Shown here piece after piece: positions 30,917 through 39,982 of a stretch of 64,000 nt of DNA. Numbering within the stretch: position 1 is the first letter of the stretch; each line of letters opens with the position of its first letter. The position numbers and the translations under genes were made by a program. The notes beneath the pieces are model-generated. The model saw nothing but the letters and a program-made list of their open reading frames with translations. It made no database searches and had not been told where the DNA came from. Origin of the DNA: Gemmatales bacterium (lineage in GTDB: Bacteria; Planctomycetota; Planctomycetia; Gemmatales; HRBIN36); assembly GCA_041640595.1 (NCBI GenBank), contig JBEPZY010000003.1, forward strand, positions 380,342-444,341. The letters run 5' to 3'.

Positions 30917-31794
30917 GCCGCCTCCGTCAGCTGTGTGAGGGATGCGATGGCTTTTTCGGCAAGACGTGGCCAGGACGCCTGGTCGTAAACCCGCCGGATA
31001 AAGATGCCGAGGTCTGTTTCCTGTGCTTCGGGCAACCCTTCCAGTTTGTCTCGCGATGAAAGACCATAAGCCCGTTGTTCGTCTTCGCTGACAAATGCGC
31101 CCGCACCCCAGATGGATTGTCGAGATGGCTCGGGTCGCTTGGCCATTTCCACGGTCGCTTGCGTAACCAGGGCGGTTATCTCGCCGAAGCCGCGGTTCTT
31201 GCCGAAGCCGACTTTCACCAGTCCGTCATTGAGCGCCTGAAGTGTGAGTGCTACCAGCCCCAGTTGCCAGACTTCAAAGTTCTCCAGCACAAGCGAGGTT
31301 TTGAACTTGCCCTGGACGAGCACTTCGATGTCGAAGGGGCCTACGGCAACGGCATTCGTCAGGCGTGAAATCGCCACGCCGTAGCGGGTTTCGGTCTTCA
31401 CTTCACCATCGGGGAAAGCATCGGTGAAGGAAAGGCGCCCGCGCAGGCGCGTGTTGCCGTAAACTTTGCAAGCACGACAGGACAGGCGATAGACCTCGGC
31501 CGTGTTGTCTTCTTCCGATAATCGCCGCCCGCAATAGTTGGAGCTGGAAGGGAATGGTTCGCATGCCCAATCTGGATTCACTGTGCGCAAGACCTTTTCG
31601 GTAAAGCTGCGGAAGGTGCCTTTCAGTGAAGAGCCGGGAATGAAAACCGTTTCCCCATGCGGCGTCATGGTGCGCACGAATTGCATGTCGGGAAGTGACG
31701 GATTCGGCGAAGCCGCCCCCGACTTGATCAGCAGCGGTGCTCGCGGTTCGATCACCAGTTCCAGTTTCAAAGCATTCCAGCGGCGTTTATGCAT
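30913..31794 (-). CDS. csm3: RAMP/Cas7 (Csm3-like) protein
   Basis: PLLIKSG, PDMQFVRT, FIPGSSLKGTFR, CRACKVYG, VAISR, GFGKNRGFG. Confidence 0.85.
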   Translation of the reverse strand: MHKRRWNALKLELVIEPRAPLLIKSGAASPNPSLPDMQFVRTMTPHGETVFIPGSSLKGTFRSFTEKVLRTVNPDWACEPFPSSSNYCGRRLSEEDNTAEVYRLSCRACKVYGNTRLRGRLSFTDAFPDGEVKTETRYGVAISRLTNAVAVGPFDIEVLVQGKFKTSLVLENFEVWQLGLVALTLQALNDGLVKVGFGKNRGFGEITALVTQATVEMAKRPEPSRQSIWGAGAFVSEDEQRAYGLSSRDKLEGLPEAQETDLGIFIRRVYDQASWPRLAEKAIASLTQLTEAA

Positions 31795-32647
31795 GGCCGA
31801 CTCCATGAAGTTGTTCACTGAAACGGCGGAGAAGATGCGTAGCGTCCTTCTCCTCCGGGGGTGTGAGACCGGCGAGGTACGCCAGAAGATTGGTTTTGCT
31901 GATGTGCTGGATTCGGAGGTTGGTCAGTTCTGTCCAACCCGGACCGCGGGTGGTTTTGCCTCCGATGGGGAGTTCGCCACGCTTCATGGCTTGCAGTGCC
32001 AGAAGCAGAAGCCCGACTTCCCAGTCGTCGGCGTTCTCCACGACAATGGTGAGGGCAAACTCTGCTCCTGCGGGCACGGTCTCGAAGTCGTATTTGATAC
32101 CGGATTTGGCCGAGCCCAGGTCGCGGTCAATACCCACCCCGTCCCGCACTTCGGTCAAGCGCAGCAGGCTGTCGCGATTGGCAAGCATCGCATCCTGAAA
32201 CGCTACCCGCGAGGCGAGCCAGGGCGAACCAAAAAGCCGGCACGCAGTGCAGGAAAGTTGCCAGAGCCTTTTTGTAAATTCCTCATCATCGTCTCGGGCA
32301 CGCTCAACGAGTTCTCTTTTGCGTTCGCCAGTGACGCACCGATTCGCTTCGTCCAGAGGATCGCACGCCCAGAGGCGTTGTCCCTGATATTGGCTTTTCA
32401 TCCCCTCCATAGTGCGGAGCACACGCTCGACATAGGTTCGCACCACACCTTTGAGCGAAGAGCCGGGGATAAACGGTACGCCCTCCGGCGTCTTGATGAC
32501 AGGTAGATCCGAACCCGCTGGCAGGAGTGAAGCCCGGCTCCCGACAGATAACGCCGTCTTCATTCGCAGGGTCGCGGTAATGAGCCAGCGATTGTCAAAT
32601 TGCCAGAAAGAGTTCAAGGCCGTTCCTCCGTTTCTTTTACCAGCCAT
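31787..32647 (-). CDS. csm3: RAMP/Cas7 (Csm3/Csx7-like) backbone protein
   Basis: ALSVGS...SDLPVIK (catalytic Asp position), FIPGSSLKGVVR, CTACRLFGS, RDGVGIDR, IGGKTTRGPG; likely TTG start at 32617 after GGAGG. Confidence 0.9.
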   Translation of the reverse strand: MAGKRNGGTALNSFWQFDNRWLITATLRMKTALSVGSRASLLPAGSDLPVIKTPEGVPFIPGSSLKGVVRTYVERVLRTMEGMKSQYQGQRLWACDPLDEANRCVTGERKRELVERARDDDEEFTKRLWQLSCTACRLFGSPWLASRVAFQDAMLANRDSLLRLTEVRDGVGIDRDLGSAKSGIKYDFETVPAGAEFALTIVVENADDWEVGLLLLALQAMKRGELPIGGKTTRGPGWTELTNLRIQHISKTNLLAYLAGLTPPEEKDATHLLRRFSEQLHGVGHA

Positions 32648-33073
32648 TCAGGCGCTTGCCGAAGCGAGGTTTCGATCGCTTGCAAGGCGTGCTTCTCTGA
32701 GAAGCATGCGTACGGCGGCTTCCCATCGGATTCGCTCCTCACCGGTTCGTTCATAGATGCAGACGCCGGTACGCATGATCTGTTCCCGAAGCCAGAGCGG
32801 AGCCTGGGGAAGCTCCACGAGGTCCAGGCGATCGGTCCCGAGCAGTTCGGAGAGTTCCGCATAAAAAGACGGAAAGCGAAAGCCGGGAGCAGGAAAAATC
32901 GCCAAATCTATGTCCTGCGCATGTTCTGGATTGTGAACCGCGGAGCCGAAAAGGTAGGCCAGTTGAATCGGATACCGTGCGCAGAGCCTGGAAAGCCCCT
33001 GCTGCCAGCCTGGCGCCAGCGTTCCTAAGGCAGGCAAATGAGCGTATTTCTCGCGCACCGCCATAGGAATCAC
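32648..33073 (-). CDS. Minimal nucleotidyltransferase (MNT, MntA-like) inside the cas operon
   Basis: LAYLFGSAVHNPEHAQDIDLAI ... DRLDLVELPQAPLWLREQI; GTG start overlaps the upstream stop codon. Confidence 0.85.
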   Translation of the reverse strand: MIPMAVREKYAHLPALGTLAPGWQQGLSRLCARYPIQLAYLFGSAVHNPEHAQDIDLAIFPAPGFRFPSFYAELSELLGTDRLDLVELPQAPLWLREQIMRTGVCIYERTGEERIRWEAAVRMLLREARLASDRNLASASA

Positions 33074-33453
33074 CCCTTCTTGCGCTCGGCCACGAACTTG
33101 CGCACCAGGAATCCCAAATACAGCCGAATAAGCTCCATTCGCGCCCGCCGAAGAGCCTCGGGGTTGCCACCAGCCAGTTCTTCAGCCTTCTTGCCCAGCT
33201 GCTGGATATCCTTCAGAATCTGTTGTCCCACTCGATCGGGGATCTTTTTTCGACCCATCTGGTAGCTGATGAAGTTCTCCAGAGCCAGCACCGAGTCCGT
33301 TGCGGCAGCCAGGTTCTGAAGGTTGCGAAGCTGGGACTCTTCCAGGTCAGCCCTTGCTGCGGCTCCTGTAGCAGTGATGCACTTTTCCGCGACGCTTACG
33401 ATTTCATCCAGATGCTTTTCAATGTTCTGCAACAGTTTGGCCTCGACGGTCAT
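33070..33453 (-). CDS. Type III small subunit (Cas11/Csm2-like)
   Basis: 127-aa helical protein, SQLRNL...NFISYQMGR...RLYLGFLVR, directly after csx10. Confidence 0.75.
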   Translation of the reverse strand: MTVEAKLLQNIEKHLDEIVSVAEKCITATGAAARADLEESQLRNLQNLAAATDSVLALENFISYQMGRKKIPDRVGQQILKDIQQLGKKAEELAGGNPEALRRARMELIRLYLGFLVRKFVAERKKG

Positions 33454-34658
33454 ACCGGCATTACCTCCTTATGAAATGGATGGCAGACCAGGATTTCCCC
33501 CAATCCCTCGTCAGTGCGCTGCCCCACGCCCTGGGCTTCCAAGGATTCAAGCCAGGAAAGCAGTTGTGCATCGTCAGGCTGGTTATCCACGCGAAAAACA
33601 TAAACGCTCCCTGCTGCCGCACCCAGTTGAGTCGGCTTGGGCAATCCCCAGGCCGTCGAAAATCCACCAACGAACGTCGCTTGCGTGGCCCAAAATACGG
33701 GCGCTAACCATTGCCCCGAACGCTCCAACCAGAGCTGGAGCGTGGGGATGCCATCGGGGTCGCGGAGAATCGCAGGGCCCAGCAGGTCGACAGAGAAATA
33801 GGTGCCGGGAGGCGCGTCGGGAAGCGTGATGGACGAATCTACCTGCCGAGCAAGAGCGACCAAATCACGCCAGACCTGCCGTAATTGGTCGTTGAATTCT
33901 CGCAGACGAGCTCGCAGGGGTGTAATGGCAGGCTCGGTTTTCGCAATTCGTACGGTGCCGAAACCGCGGGTGGTCAGTGCTCCGACACCGATACGCTCAA
34001 TGGCTTGCTGAATTTCTTTCACCACCGCCTCATCGTCGGTCCAGAGCCTTCCGACGAAGTGCCCATTCGGTCGCACTCCGACCACGCGGTACAACATTCC
34101 TTCCTGAGCGGCTCGCCGATAGCGGCTCAACGCCACCTTGGTCTGCAGGGCTTTCTGAAGTTTGATGACTCTCCAGCCTTCAGGAGGGGGAGCATAAAAT
34201 CCGCTCACCCGCTCCATGCGTCCACCGCACTTCTGACCGTTTCCCTCGTGCGTGCAGCGCAGGAGCATGGGCACAGGAAAGCTGGCGCCCAGTTTCTTCA
34301 GCTCCGCATAGGCCAGGGTTACGAGCAGGCTATCTCGAATACCGTGACCGGGTTTGTCCTCGCCTGGTTCGGGAACCTGCCGAAAACCGCCGTAAAGCTT
34401 GCATTCCAACGCCGTCATGGGAAAGGGCAAAGACCACACCCGTTCAGACGGTGTGGGAAAGAAATTTCCAAAGCGGACTTTCTGTACCGATGGGAGAATC
34501 TCTTCAGCTCGCCCCTGGGCTTTCAACCACTCAGCCCAGGCCCCTCGCAGGATGCTACCCGGTAGATATTCGCGCGTGTCCAAATAATCCCCGCGCGGTT
34601 TCAGCGTGCCGGTGCGCAATGGCTTTTCAGGCGTGAGGCAAAGGAAGTGTTCCGTCAC
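33450..34658 (-). CDS. csx10: Csx10 (Cas5-group RAMP, type III-D)
   Basis: EYLPGSILRGAWA, VGALTTRGFG, GGFSTAWGLPK, GSVYVF, GVGQRTDEGLG (two G-rich loops). Confidence 0.85.
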   Translation of the reverse strand: MTEHFLCLTPEKPLRTGTLKPRGDYLDTREYLPGSILRGAWAEWLKAQGRAEEILPSVQKVRFGNFFPTPSERVWSLPFPMTALECKLYGGFRQVPEPGEDKPGHGIRDSLLVTLAYAELKKLGASFPVPMLLRCTHEGNGQKCGGRMERVSGFYAPPPEGWRVIKLQKALQTKVALSRYRRAAQEGMLYRVVGVRPNGHFVGRLWTDDEAVVKEIQQAIERIGVGALTTRGFGTVRIAKTEPAITPLRARLREFNDQLRQVWRDLVALARQVDSSITLPDAPPGTYFSVDLLGPAILRDPDGIPTLQLWLERSGQWLAPVFWATQATFVGGFSTAWGLPKPTQLGAAAGSVYVFRVDNQPDDAQLLSWLESLEAQGVGQRTDEGLGEILVCHPFHKEVMPV

Positions 34659-35308
34659 CAGGCAACCTCCAGGGGTTTACCCAGATGTTGAATCTGCTGG
34701 TAAATGTCTTCCTTAGCTACCGGTTGGTCATCCACCTTGACCGACCACTGGTGCAACTGAACCCATCCTAACCCTCTGGAACGCGCGGCACCGATGGCGT
34801 AGCCGGTTTGGGCAGCAAGCACGAGAATAGCTGCGGCCTGGAGCGACCGGCTGCGCGAGTCGAACCATCCTCCGATTTGTGCGCGTACCTGCCTGGACCA
34901 GGCCACCTCGGTGGAAAAGAGGCGTTCTTCATAAGCCGTCTTACGCCAGCGACTGAGGGAAACATTCATGCGCACCTCGGTGGCCGAATCGTCCAAAACT
35001 GCATCCGAGAAATACAACCACGAACGCTGTCGAGGAGCGCCGAAAACCTGGCAAACCAGGCAGAACTGCTGGTTGCAGATACTATCCGCCCGAGAGCCAT
35101 CACAAACCGTTTGTCCCAATCCCCGCAGAATGCGTTCTGCCCTTTCCCGGAGCCAGCCTTTGAGCGTGGTTGCCGGCACCACTGGCTTGCTGCCATCACG
35201 CCAATCCACCACAAGCGCTTTATCTGTCCACAGCTTTGCCAGCTCACCAGTGATGTGCACGCCAGAGTTAAGCTGAAAAACAAGCTCAATCTGCAGCGGG
35301 TGCACCAT
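34655..35308 (-). CDS. csm3: RAMP/Cas7 (Csm3-like) protein
   Basis: VPATTLKGWLRERAE, CLVCQVFG, SLSRWRKTA..LFSTE, IGAARSRGLG; ATG at 35308. Confidence 0.85.
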   Translation of the reverse strand: MVHPLQIELVFQLNSGVHITGELAKLWTDKALVVDWRDGSKPVVPATTLKGWLRERAERILRGLGQTVCDGSRADSICNQQFCLVCQVFGAPRQRSWLYFSDAVLDDSATEVRMNVSLSRWRKTAYEERLFSTEVAWSRQVRAQIGGWFDSRSRSLQAAAILVLAAQTGYAIGAARSRGLGWVQLHQWSVKVDDQPVAKEDIYQQIQHLGKPLEVAW

Positions 35309-37541
35309 GATGTTCTCCGGTTGGGTAATGTTTTTCAGCGCCCAGTTCAATGAGTTCCAGCGCATCCAGCAAGGCTGTTTTCCAGCCTGCTTGAGGCACC
35401 TTGTGCCAGAACCAGAACCCAGAGGATGGAGCCTCCAGCAGTTCGCCCAACTCCTGAAACGTCTCGCGCAGTGCTTGTCGTTGTTGCTGTTCTTTTTGCC
35501 GGGCCGCTTGATACAGGGAATAATTGAGCGAAACATGCACGCCTTTTTCTAAGGCCTCTGCGAGCGTGCGACGTTGGGTAGCCGGTAGAACTGCGAGTTT
35601 TTGAGCCAGGATCGTAAGCTTTGCTGCATCCTCGTGAGTGTACGGACGAGCGGTGAGCAGGACGGTTCCCTGCTCCGATTGCCGCTCGTACAGGGCATCC
35701 AGCACCGTCTCCGCCTTTTCAGAAATGACCGGTGCCCGCAACCAGAGATGGCATAGTGTGCCCTTGCCACGCTGCCGCGCCAAATATTTGGCTCGTTTGA
35801 GCAGCCCCTCTGCAAGGGTGAAGAGGAAACTTACCGGATACTTCATATCCGCAATGGCAAGTCCGGCCGACAGAGTCAGTGAGATGCGACGACGCAAAAT
35901 ACCTTCACCGAATTGCTCCCTGATTTCGCTTTCGAGCTTTCGAATGCCCGGATGGCTTTCAAACCTTTTGAGCACCTGCAGGGCAAGCGCCCAGCCCTGT
36001 TCAGCGCGAACCATCACCACCACATCGTCGCCTCCCAGGGCAATGATTTCGAAGGGAACGGACTGGCTCGCCCTTGTCAACAACTCTTCGCCGAAGACCG
36101 TCCAGATCGCCTCGAACAGCGCTTCTTTGGTGGCGGATTCCAGCACTTGCGAAAAATGCCGATACGATGCCGGTGAAGGCATAAGCTGCAGCAGGTCGCC
36201 CATGTTGTTGCCATCGGCATACAGAAGGGCAATTTTGCCGCCGGTACCCGCCAGAGTTTCCAAGTCTTCTGAACAGCGAAATTTGGTCTGGCAACCGCGA
36301 TTTTTGGCCGACCACTCTTCAAATTCGCCCAGAAATTGCCGGCGTTCCTTTCGCCCAGTGTCACGCTTGTTCTGGCACACACAGCACAGCCATTCCTGCT
36401 TCACGGAGTCCCAACTTTCGGCTGGGCGTTTGCCGCAGGAGCTGCACCGTCGAGACACGGGTAAAGCTTCGATAAACGGTGTGCGTTCCCGCATGCGCTT
36501 GGCTTGTTGAAGCTTGGCGGTGACAGCGGAGACGAGCTCCCCGAAGTTTTTCCGCTTGTTGCGGTCGGTAAGCAGGGCCTCAAAATGACTGAAAAGTAAA
36601 TCCGCTGCCAGTCCCTCACCGGACAGACTTCGCAGCACATCCTCGGAATGAGGTGCCAGTCCACGCGCGAACTGAGCATAACCCAACGGCTCAGAAGCCA
36701 CCACCGTTACCGTTGCGACCTGCGTTTTCTGCAGATAACATTTTTCGAGCTCCTGCTTCAATTCCTCCACCATGCTGGCGGGCACGAGAGCCAAAAAGCC
36801 ACCACCGCCGCAGTAGATGAGGCATTCCTTGGCAAGTCTCTTGCCAAATAATGCGAAGACATCTTGTTCCCGCTTCACCAGAATCTGACTGGCACCGCGA
36901 ATATCGGGCAACGCGTGCGACTCGTAAACGTAGCTTTTGATGGCGTCGGTATCGCCCATGAGCAGGCAAAGGGGCGGTTGTACTCCGAACAGTTCTCCCT
37001 CCAATTGTTCCGTCGCTGCGACGTGCTCCTCCAACGGCTGATGAGTGCCAGCGTGGCTCACTTCCGGTCGATCGCCGGCTGAGGCGTAAATGTTGGCCAA
37101 CGCCACAAGCTTTTCCAGCAACGTCCCCGGATTATCGCGCAGATGATGGCGGGCTACGCTTCTCACGATCACCTCGCGCAACTGTCCCTCAACTCCCTTT
37201 GCGGTCAGCCACTCGGCAGCATATTCCGCCCCCCGCTGTACATGCAGCCGATATTCACTCCTTGCTACTCGGGCTTTCCCCAGGTCGTGTAGTAGTCCGC
37301 AGAGACAGGCCAGCAAACGCAGTTCAGGTGAACTCAACGAAAGCCCGCAAAGTTCCTCTGGTGATTTTCCGCGGCGCAGCAGCTCCTCGGCAAAGGCGGC
37401 GGCGATTCCGCTCGTCAGCACCAGGTGCTCGTACAGCGAAATCCGGCCGACCCGACCATCGGCCAGAAGGTAACTTTCCTGGCCCAGCGATTCTTCAAAT
37501 TCCCGGTGAAAACTCGCTACAAGTTCTTCCAGGTCGCTCAT
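35286..37541 (-). CDS. cas10: Cas10 large subunit (N-terminal HD domain, two Palm domains, Zn finger, intact GGDD)
   Basis: SLYEH...LLHDLGK...RHH; GDTDAIKSYVYES..IRGAS; CSSC...CCVC; YADGNNMG; ALGGDDV; most plausible start MSDLEE at 37541. Confidence 0.95.
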   Translation of the reverse strand: MSDLEELVASFHREFEESLGQESYLLADGRVGRISLYEHLVLTSGIAAAFAEELLRRGKSPEELCGLSLSSPELRLLACLCGLLHDLGKARVARSEYRLHVQRGAEYAAEWLTAKGVEGQLREVIVRSVARHHLRDNPGTLLEKLVALANIYASAGDRPEVSHAGTHQPLEEHVAATEQLEGELFGVQPPLCLLMGDTDAIKSYVYESHALPDIRGASQILVKREQDVFALFGKRLAKECLIYCGGGGFLALVPASMVEELKQELEKCYLQKTQVATVTVVASEPLGYAQFARGLAPHSEDVLRSLSGEGLAADLLFSHFEALLTDRNKRKNFGELVSAVTAKLQQAKRMRERTPFIEALPVSRRCSSCGKRPAESWDSVKQEWLCCVCQNKRDTGRKERRQFLGEFEEWSAKNRGCQTKFRCSEDLETLAGTGGKIALLYADGNNMGDLLQLMPSPASYRHFSQVLESATKEALFEAIWTVFGEELLTRASQSVPFEIIALGGDDVVVMVRAEQGWALALQVLKRFESHPGIRKLESEIREQFGEGILRRRISLTLSAGLAIADMKYPVSFLFTLAEGLLKRAKYLARQRGKGTLCHLWLRAPVISEKAETVLDALYERQSEQGTVLLTARPYTHEDAAKLTILAQKLAVLPATQRRTLAEALEKGVHVSLNYSLYQAARQKEQQQRQALRETFQELGELLEAPSSGFWFWHKVPQAGWKTALLDALELIELGAEKHYPTGEHHGAPAAD

Positions 37542-37579
37542 GCTTTCCGCCCATTTCCACGAATGCCGTTCGCAGTCAG

Positions 37580-37693
37580 CTCTGCCGAATGCAATTCCTT
37601 TTTCCCAGCGGTTCACGCGATGGGTCCCGCAAACGAACCGTGTTGTCCCGGCTTCTCTGCGGACTGCACTTCCTTTTTTCCAGCAGTTGACGC
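37580..37693. repeat. 34-39-bp direct repeat pair, period 75, just upstream of cas10
   Basis: ctctgccgaatgcaattcctttttcccagcggtt (37580) and ctctgcggactgcacttccttttttccagcagtt (37655). Confidence 0.8.
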
Positions 37694-37754
37694 TGGCCAC
37701 GATCACAGGCCCGACGCTTCTGGAGCATATCTTCATTCACGGCTCCCTTTCGTT

Positions 37755-38010
37755 TCACCTGGCTACCGTGGATTCGGGCCGAACGTGCTCCTTGATTTCA
37801 GGAAGAGTCAGAAAGACCTCCGCACGATGTTTGGCGTCGCCGGTCTGAAGCAACACCACCAGCCGCGTATGTCCCTAGCGATTTTCTGGCTCAACGGACT
37901 CGCCAAAGGTAACTGATGCGATCCCGGTGACTTACCACGCGGGTAGGCCACACAGTATCTTGTGAACACGGGCGACATCGGTGGCATCCTCGTTTGGTGC
38001 ATTTTAGACA
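37755..38010 (-). pseudogene. Possible decayed Dabb (stress-responsive A/B barrel) gene
   Basis: One frame reads DATDVARVHKILCGLPAW*VTGIASVTFGESVEPENR*GHTRLVV..., resembling Dabb motifs, with two internal stops. Confidence 0.3.
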
Positions 38011-38116
38011 GTTGCTATACTTGTATTCGAGAATCCAAACCGCGGCAATGGTCAACACTCGATTTTGTCTCTGATTGGCACAATGGCGACCGGCCGCGGA
38101 AACGGCAGCTATAGAC

Positions 38117-38400
38117 GCCACCGGCTGGGAACCTGCCCGGGCTTCTTCCCCATTGGTATTTATCGCACAGTAACTACTGATGCCGCCGGTTGGGAATCTG
38201 CCTCAGCTTCCTCTCGTGGCTCGACGACCTGTTCGCGCCTATGGATGCAAGCGGTTCGGAATCTACCCCCAGTAGTGCCTACGACCAGACTCGCCGGGGT
38301 CAACGACGCAAGGGCGATGTCTCGGTCTGGGAATCTACTCCCCGGGAGTGCCTGCGACCAGACGCGCCGCGGCTAACGGCGGAAGGGCGATGTCCCGGTT
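38117..38400. repeat. Degenerate four-unit array, periods 65/65/71
   Basis: gctgggaacctgccc (38124), gttgggaatctgcct (38189), gttcggaatctaccc (38254), gtctgggaatctactc (38325). Confidence 0.65.
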
Positions 38401-38416
38401 TCGCGGCTGATGGTGT

Positions 38417-39071
38417 GTGGCAACTTGTTCCCGTGCCGTGTGCAGATTCCCCAGTGGCCGTGCAATGACGAAATGGCAACTCGCAATCGGCATGTCCACG
38501 TGCTTGGGCAGGTGCACAGAGTGCGGTGTGGAGATAGGCCGGGCGCCGTGTAATGACAAAAGCGCGGCTCGCCATCTGCAGGCCAAAGCGTTGGCTCAGG
38601 TATTACCGCAGCATTTGGTGGCCGACGCGGGCTATGATGCGGCGTGGGTGCACGAGTTTTGTCGGGAGCGATGGCGGGTAAACAGTTGGACACCGCTGGC
38701 GGTGCATAGTGGGGATGGTCAGGTGCGAGGCCACCGGCGTTCCCAGAGGAGGGAGATGCCGAAGGTGTACCGTCAGCGTTGGCACGTGGAATTGTTCCTA
38801 AGTGGGCAGAAGCGAACCACTGGGTCGCAATTGACGGCGTGGCGGTAGAGTTAGGCCTGGTAGCCAGGCGTTACACTGTCAGCCACAGTTGGGGGCGCGG
38901 CGGGGGAAAAACTGTAGGAGGATGGTCATGTACAGCGCCGGTGCTACACTGTCAGCCACAGTTGAGCACGTGGCGGGAGAAGACGTTGAACAATGAAGCG
39001 GCTCTGCGGGTGGTGGCTTACGCCGTTCGCCGTTAGTTTGCGCCCACACGCAACTATGTTTTCGACAGAGC
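38417..39071 (+). mobile_element. 5'-truncated, interrupted DDE transposase remnant (IS5/IS1182-like)
   Basis: LVADAGYD, YRQRWHVE...KRTTGSQL; the frame resumes WREKTLNNEAALRVVAYAVRR after an insert; IS-end-like gttttcgacagagc at 39058-39071. Confidence 0.75.
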
Positions 39072-39081
39072 AGTGTAATTC

Positions 39082-39582
39082 TTAGTCCTCGTCTTCCTTC
39101 TCTTCGTCGAGCTTCAGTTGCTTACGCAATCGCTCATATTCGCGCATCGCCTTCAGCGTCGGCACCAACGTGACTATGCAATACATAGCCGTGGGATCGG
39201 AGAAGGGTTTCTCAATAGCTTTCCACTCTCGGGCAATCTTCTTGAGTGCCTCGCTATATCCCATGTCCCACGGCCGCCAGTCGAGCGTAGGGCCGTGTTC
39301 GCGAACATACGCGTGGTACCAGCGTAGCCGTTCTTCGGGCGATAGACCCGGAGGCGGTTCTGGACCAATCCGAAACGTCTCCCCGGCCACTAAATAACCC
39401 TCTGCCAAACAATGTTTCAGGAGTCGAAGAGTCCTTTCCATAAGCTCTTCATCACTGATTTGAGACTCGTCGGACGATGCATCAATAACAGCGCTCCAAA
39501 TATAACAAAGGGGCACGTCGCCATAGTGTGCGGATGCTAATATGTCAGCAAGAGCACGATTCCAATCGTAATCTGATCGCAT
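39082..39582 (-). CDS. Putative immunity protein of the orphan toxin tip
   Basis: Starts 10 bp after the orphan tip stop; TLRLLKHCLAEGYLVAG...WRPW...KIAREW pattern is reminiscent of DUF596-like immunity proteins. Confidence 0.7.
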   Translation of the reverse strand: MRSDYDWNRALADILASAHYGDVPLCYIWSAVIDASSDESQISDEELMERTLRLLKHCLAEGYLVAGETFRIGPEPPPGLSPEERLRWYHAYVREHGPTLDWRPWDMGYSEALKKIAREWKAIEKPFSDPTAMYCIVTLVPTLKAMREYERLRKQLKLDEEKEDED

Positions 39583-39592
39583 ATAGAAACTC

Positions 39593-39982
39593 CTAACCTA
39601 TATGAATTTCTCTCCAGCGCTTGAATCTGCCTGAACCTCTTACTCTCTCGATAAAAATATCAATCGTTGCTCCACCTGACCTTGATTCCTCGCGGAAGAT
39701 TAGACGGACAGTACCGAGGGCTGTGTCGGTGAGCTCTACCATCCGTTCTATTTCCTGGGCTCTATGCGCAGCAGTCAACGGCACCTCTACACCTCCTTGG
39801 GCATATTTATTGAAGATGTCCAGCAGCTCCTCTTCAGACTTGACAACGCGAACATGGCCTTGTTTCCCAGGCCGGCCTATTTTGCTGATATCCTTAGTTA
39901 TATCGCACGCATTATGTGCCCAGACGGAGAAGGGCCAGGATTGGTCGCAGACAAAATACGTATGGAAGGAGCGAATGGCAAG
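39593..39982 (-). pseudogene. Orphan toxin C-terminal cassette (HINT 3' fragment plus alternative toxin tip, no start codon)
   Basis: Open frame HLAIRSFHTYFVCDQSWPFSVWAHNACDI-TKDISK...FREESRSGGATIDI...EIHIG; first about 80 bp nearly identical to 40783-40863. Confidence 0.85.

Noticed and set aside
29114..33453. Either small helical protein as the missing HEPN partner of the MNT
   Set aside because: Neither contains an RxxxxH motif; positions and motifs fit small subunits better.
37542..37736. 65-aa N-terminal extension of Cas10 given by the ORF track
   Set aside because: It runs through a duplicated non-coding doublet and looks non-protein-like; MSDLEE at 37541 is the more plausible start.
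38258..38276. Possible attR copy of the tRNA-Arg 3' end (ggaatctacccccag vs ggaactacccccgg)
   Set aside because: Too short, includes sequence outside the tRNA, and is better explained as part of the local degenerate array.
28062..38400. Canonical CRISPR array next to the cas operon
   Set aside because: No run of three or more near-identical repeats with unique spacers; only degenerate doublets and short drifting arrays, reported separately with low confidence.
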